Below, piece after piece: positions 62,801-64,000 of a DNA stretch of 64,000 nucleotides. Each line of letters opens with the position of its first letter. The first letter of the stretch is position 1. This DNA comes from Hypanus sabinus (Eukaryota). The notes beneath the pieces were generated by a model that worked only from the letters and a program-made list of their open reading frames with translations, did not search any database and had not been told where the DNA came from. The position numbers and the translations under genes are program-made. Location of the stretch: contig NC_082716.1 in assembly GCF_030144855.1 (NCBI RefSeq), forward strand, positions 50,964,001-51,028,000, given 5' to 3'.

Positions 62801-64000
62801 GAGACTCTTAGATTAGCATAAAGATGAAAAAAATGGAGGGCTATAGGGGAGGAAAGGGTTAGATTGATCTTAGAATAGGTTAAAAGTTCAGCAAAGTTCA
62901 GAAAAGGTTAAAATCCCAATGGATCTGGTACTTGCCTCTTTAGATTGTAGTGGAGGGTACTTGCAATTAAAACTGGAGTTTACTTTAGGTTTTGTCCATT
63001 TTCCAGCTGTAGCGTTAACTGGTTGGGATCTGCAGATACCAAGAAATCCTGAATGGATCTATGCAGAAAAATATAATGCTTTTCCAGTAGTCTGCTGATC
63101 CAGGGAGAGCAAGAGCACTTACTCATCTCCCTCAATGCAGCTCGCAATTTGAGGTGAATCTCTGTCCCCTTCTGATTATTAATAACTACTTTCTTGTGAA
63201 CAATGCACCTCTTCCTTCGATTGGTGATCTTCTGATCTATGATTACTGAGTTTCTCCTGTGATCAGAAACGCTGCAGTGACTGAGTCTAATCCTACCTTG
63301 ATCTTTGGTAGTACCCTGCAGTGACTGAATCACACCTCCCCATTGCCCCATTCCTCATTCAATACTTAATAATCATTCATTTTGGAGTTTGAGACTTTGG
63401 CATGCAAAATTGATAGTTGTAGACAACAAGCTGATACTGAGGAGTTGATTAAAATAGGCAGAGGAATGGCAGATTGAATTTAATCCTCATTAGTGTGAGG
63501 TATCTGCTTTGGGAAGACTAATAATAGTAGGCCATATGCATTAGATAGTAAGGATTGGGGGCGAATAGTGGGGTAATATTGAAGAACAGAGGATATTGAT
63601 TAAATGGAGCCCTGAAGATGGCAGCACAGATAAATGGTGAACGTGTCTGATAGACTTACCTTCATTTGCTGAGGCATATATTGACTGGTTGAGGTTATGG
63701 AAGTTATTAAACATTGGTTTGGCCATAGCAGGAGTACTGTGCACAGTTCTGATCAACACACTTTGGGAAGGATGCAATTGCCTGGATTGAGCAATTCATT
63801 TTGAGGAGGCACTAGATGGACTGGGCTTGTCCTTGGTGTGGACATGAAGGGAAATCTGCGGGGACTAGACAAAATTAGGACATTAATAGGATAGATAGTA
63901 GGACACTATCCCCCATTTGAACAAGTATCTAAAATTAGATGTCATGGATTTAGACTAAGAGACTTAGAGGTGTTCAGATGAAGAAAAGAGTGATTGGATC
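59830..64000 (+). mobile_element. Cluster of decayed CR1 LINE fragments in MYSM1 intron 1
   Basis: VPDDWRVANVIPLFKKG, VGVVYMDFSKVFDKVSHGRL, WAEKWQMEFNPVKCEV; one opposite-strand piece at ~60.8-61.25 kb. Boundaries approximate. Confidence 0.75.

Noticed and set aside
62980-63351. 123-aa minus ORF or possible MYSM1 exon 2 region
   Set aside because: No recognisable MYSM1 sequence or convincing splice sites; embedded among decayed CR1 fragments.
1-64000. Prokaryotic-type systems (CRISPR arrays, operons, defence islands)
   Set aside because: Sequence is vertebrate with spliceosomal introns; no repeat-spacer array seen.

Overview
Eukaryotic, vertebrate genomic DNA. The repeat content (CR1, Rex1/Babar, Penelope-like, RTE, L1, Tc1, chromoviral Gypsy) and protein divergence suggest a cartilaginous fish; this is inference. 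Four + strand protein-coding loci lie in order: (1) intronless c-Jun (JUN, 3204-4160) with a recognisably conserved promoter and 3'UTR; (2) an intronless-CDS CARD + ~16 ankyrin-repeat gene matching CAIAP (33311-35560); (3) a five-exon gene not resolved by the ORF track, assembled here by hand (42037-58383, 275 aa), whose N-terminal ~100 aa resemble the spliceosomal branching factor ISY1 but which is not ISY1 itself; (4) the first coding exon of MYSM1 (59059-59114). The rest is mostly decayed, often nested transposons, including an antisense L1 carrying a solo LTR, and Penelope-like fragments with minimal hammerhead ribozyme motifs. The most interesting candidates are the ISY1-like paralog, the CAIAP/ISY1-like block between JUN and MYSM1, and an SRE/CRE-type module 3' of JUN. 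Homology calls are from recall of known families; no searches were run.
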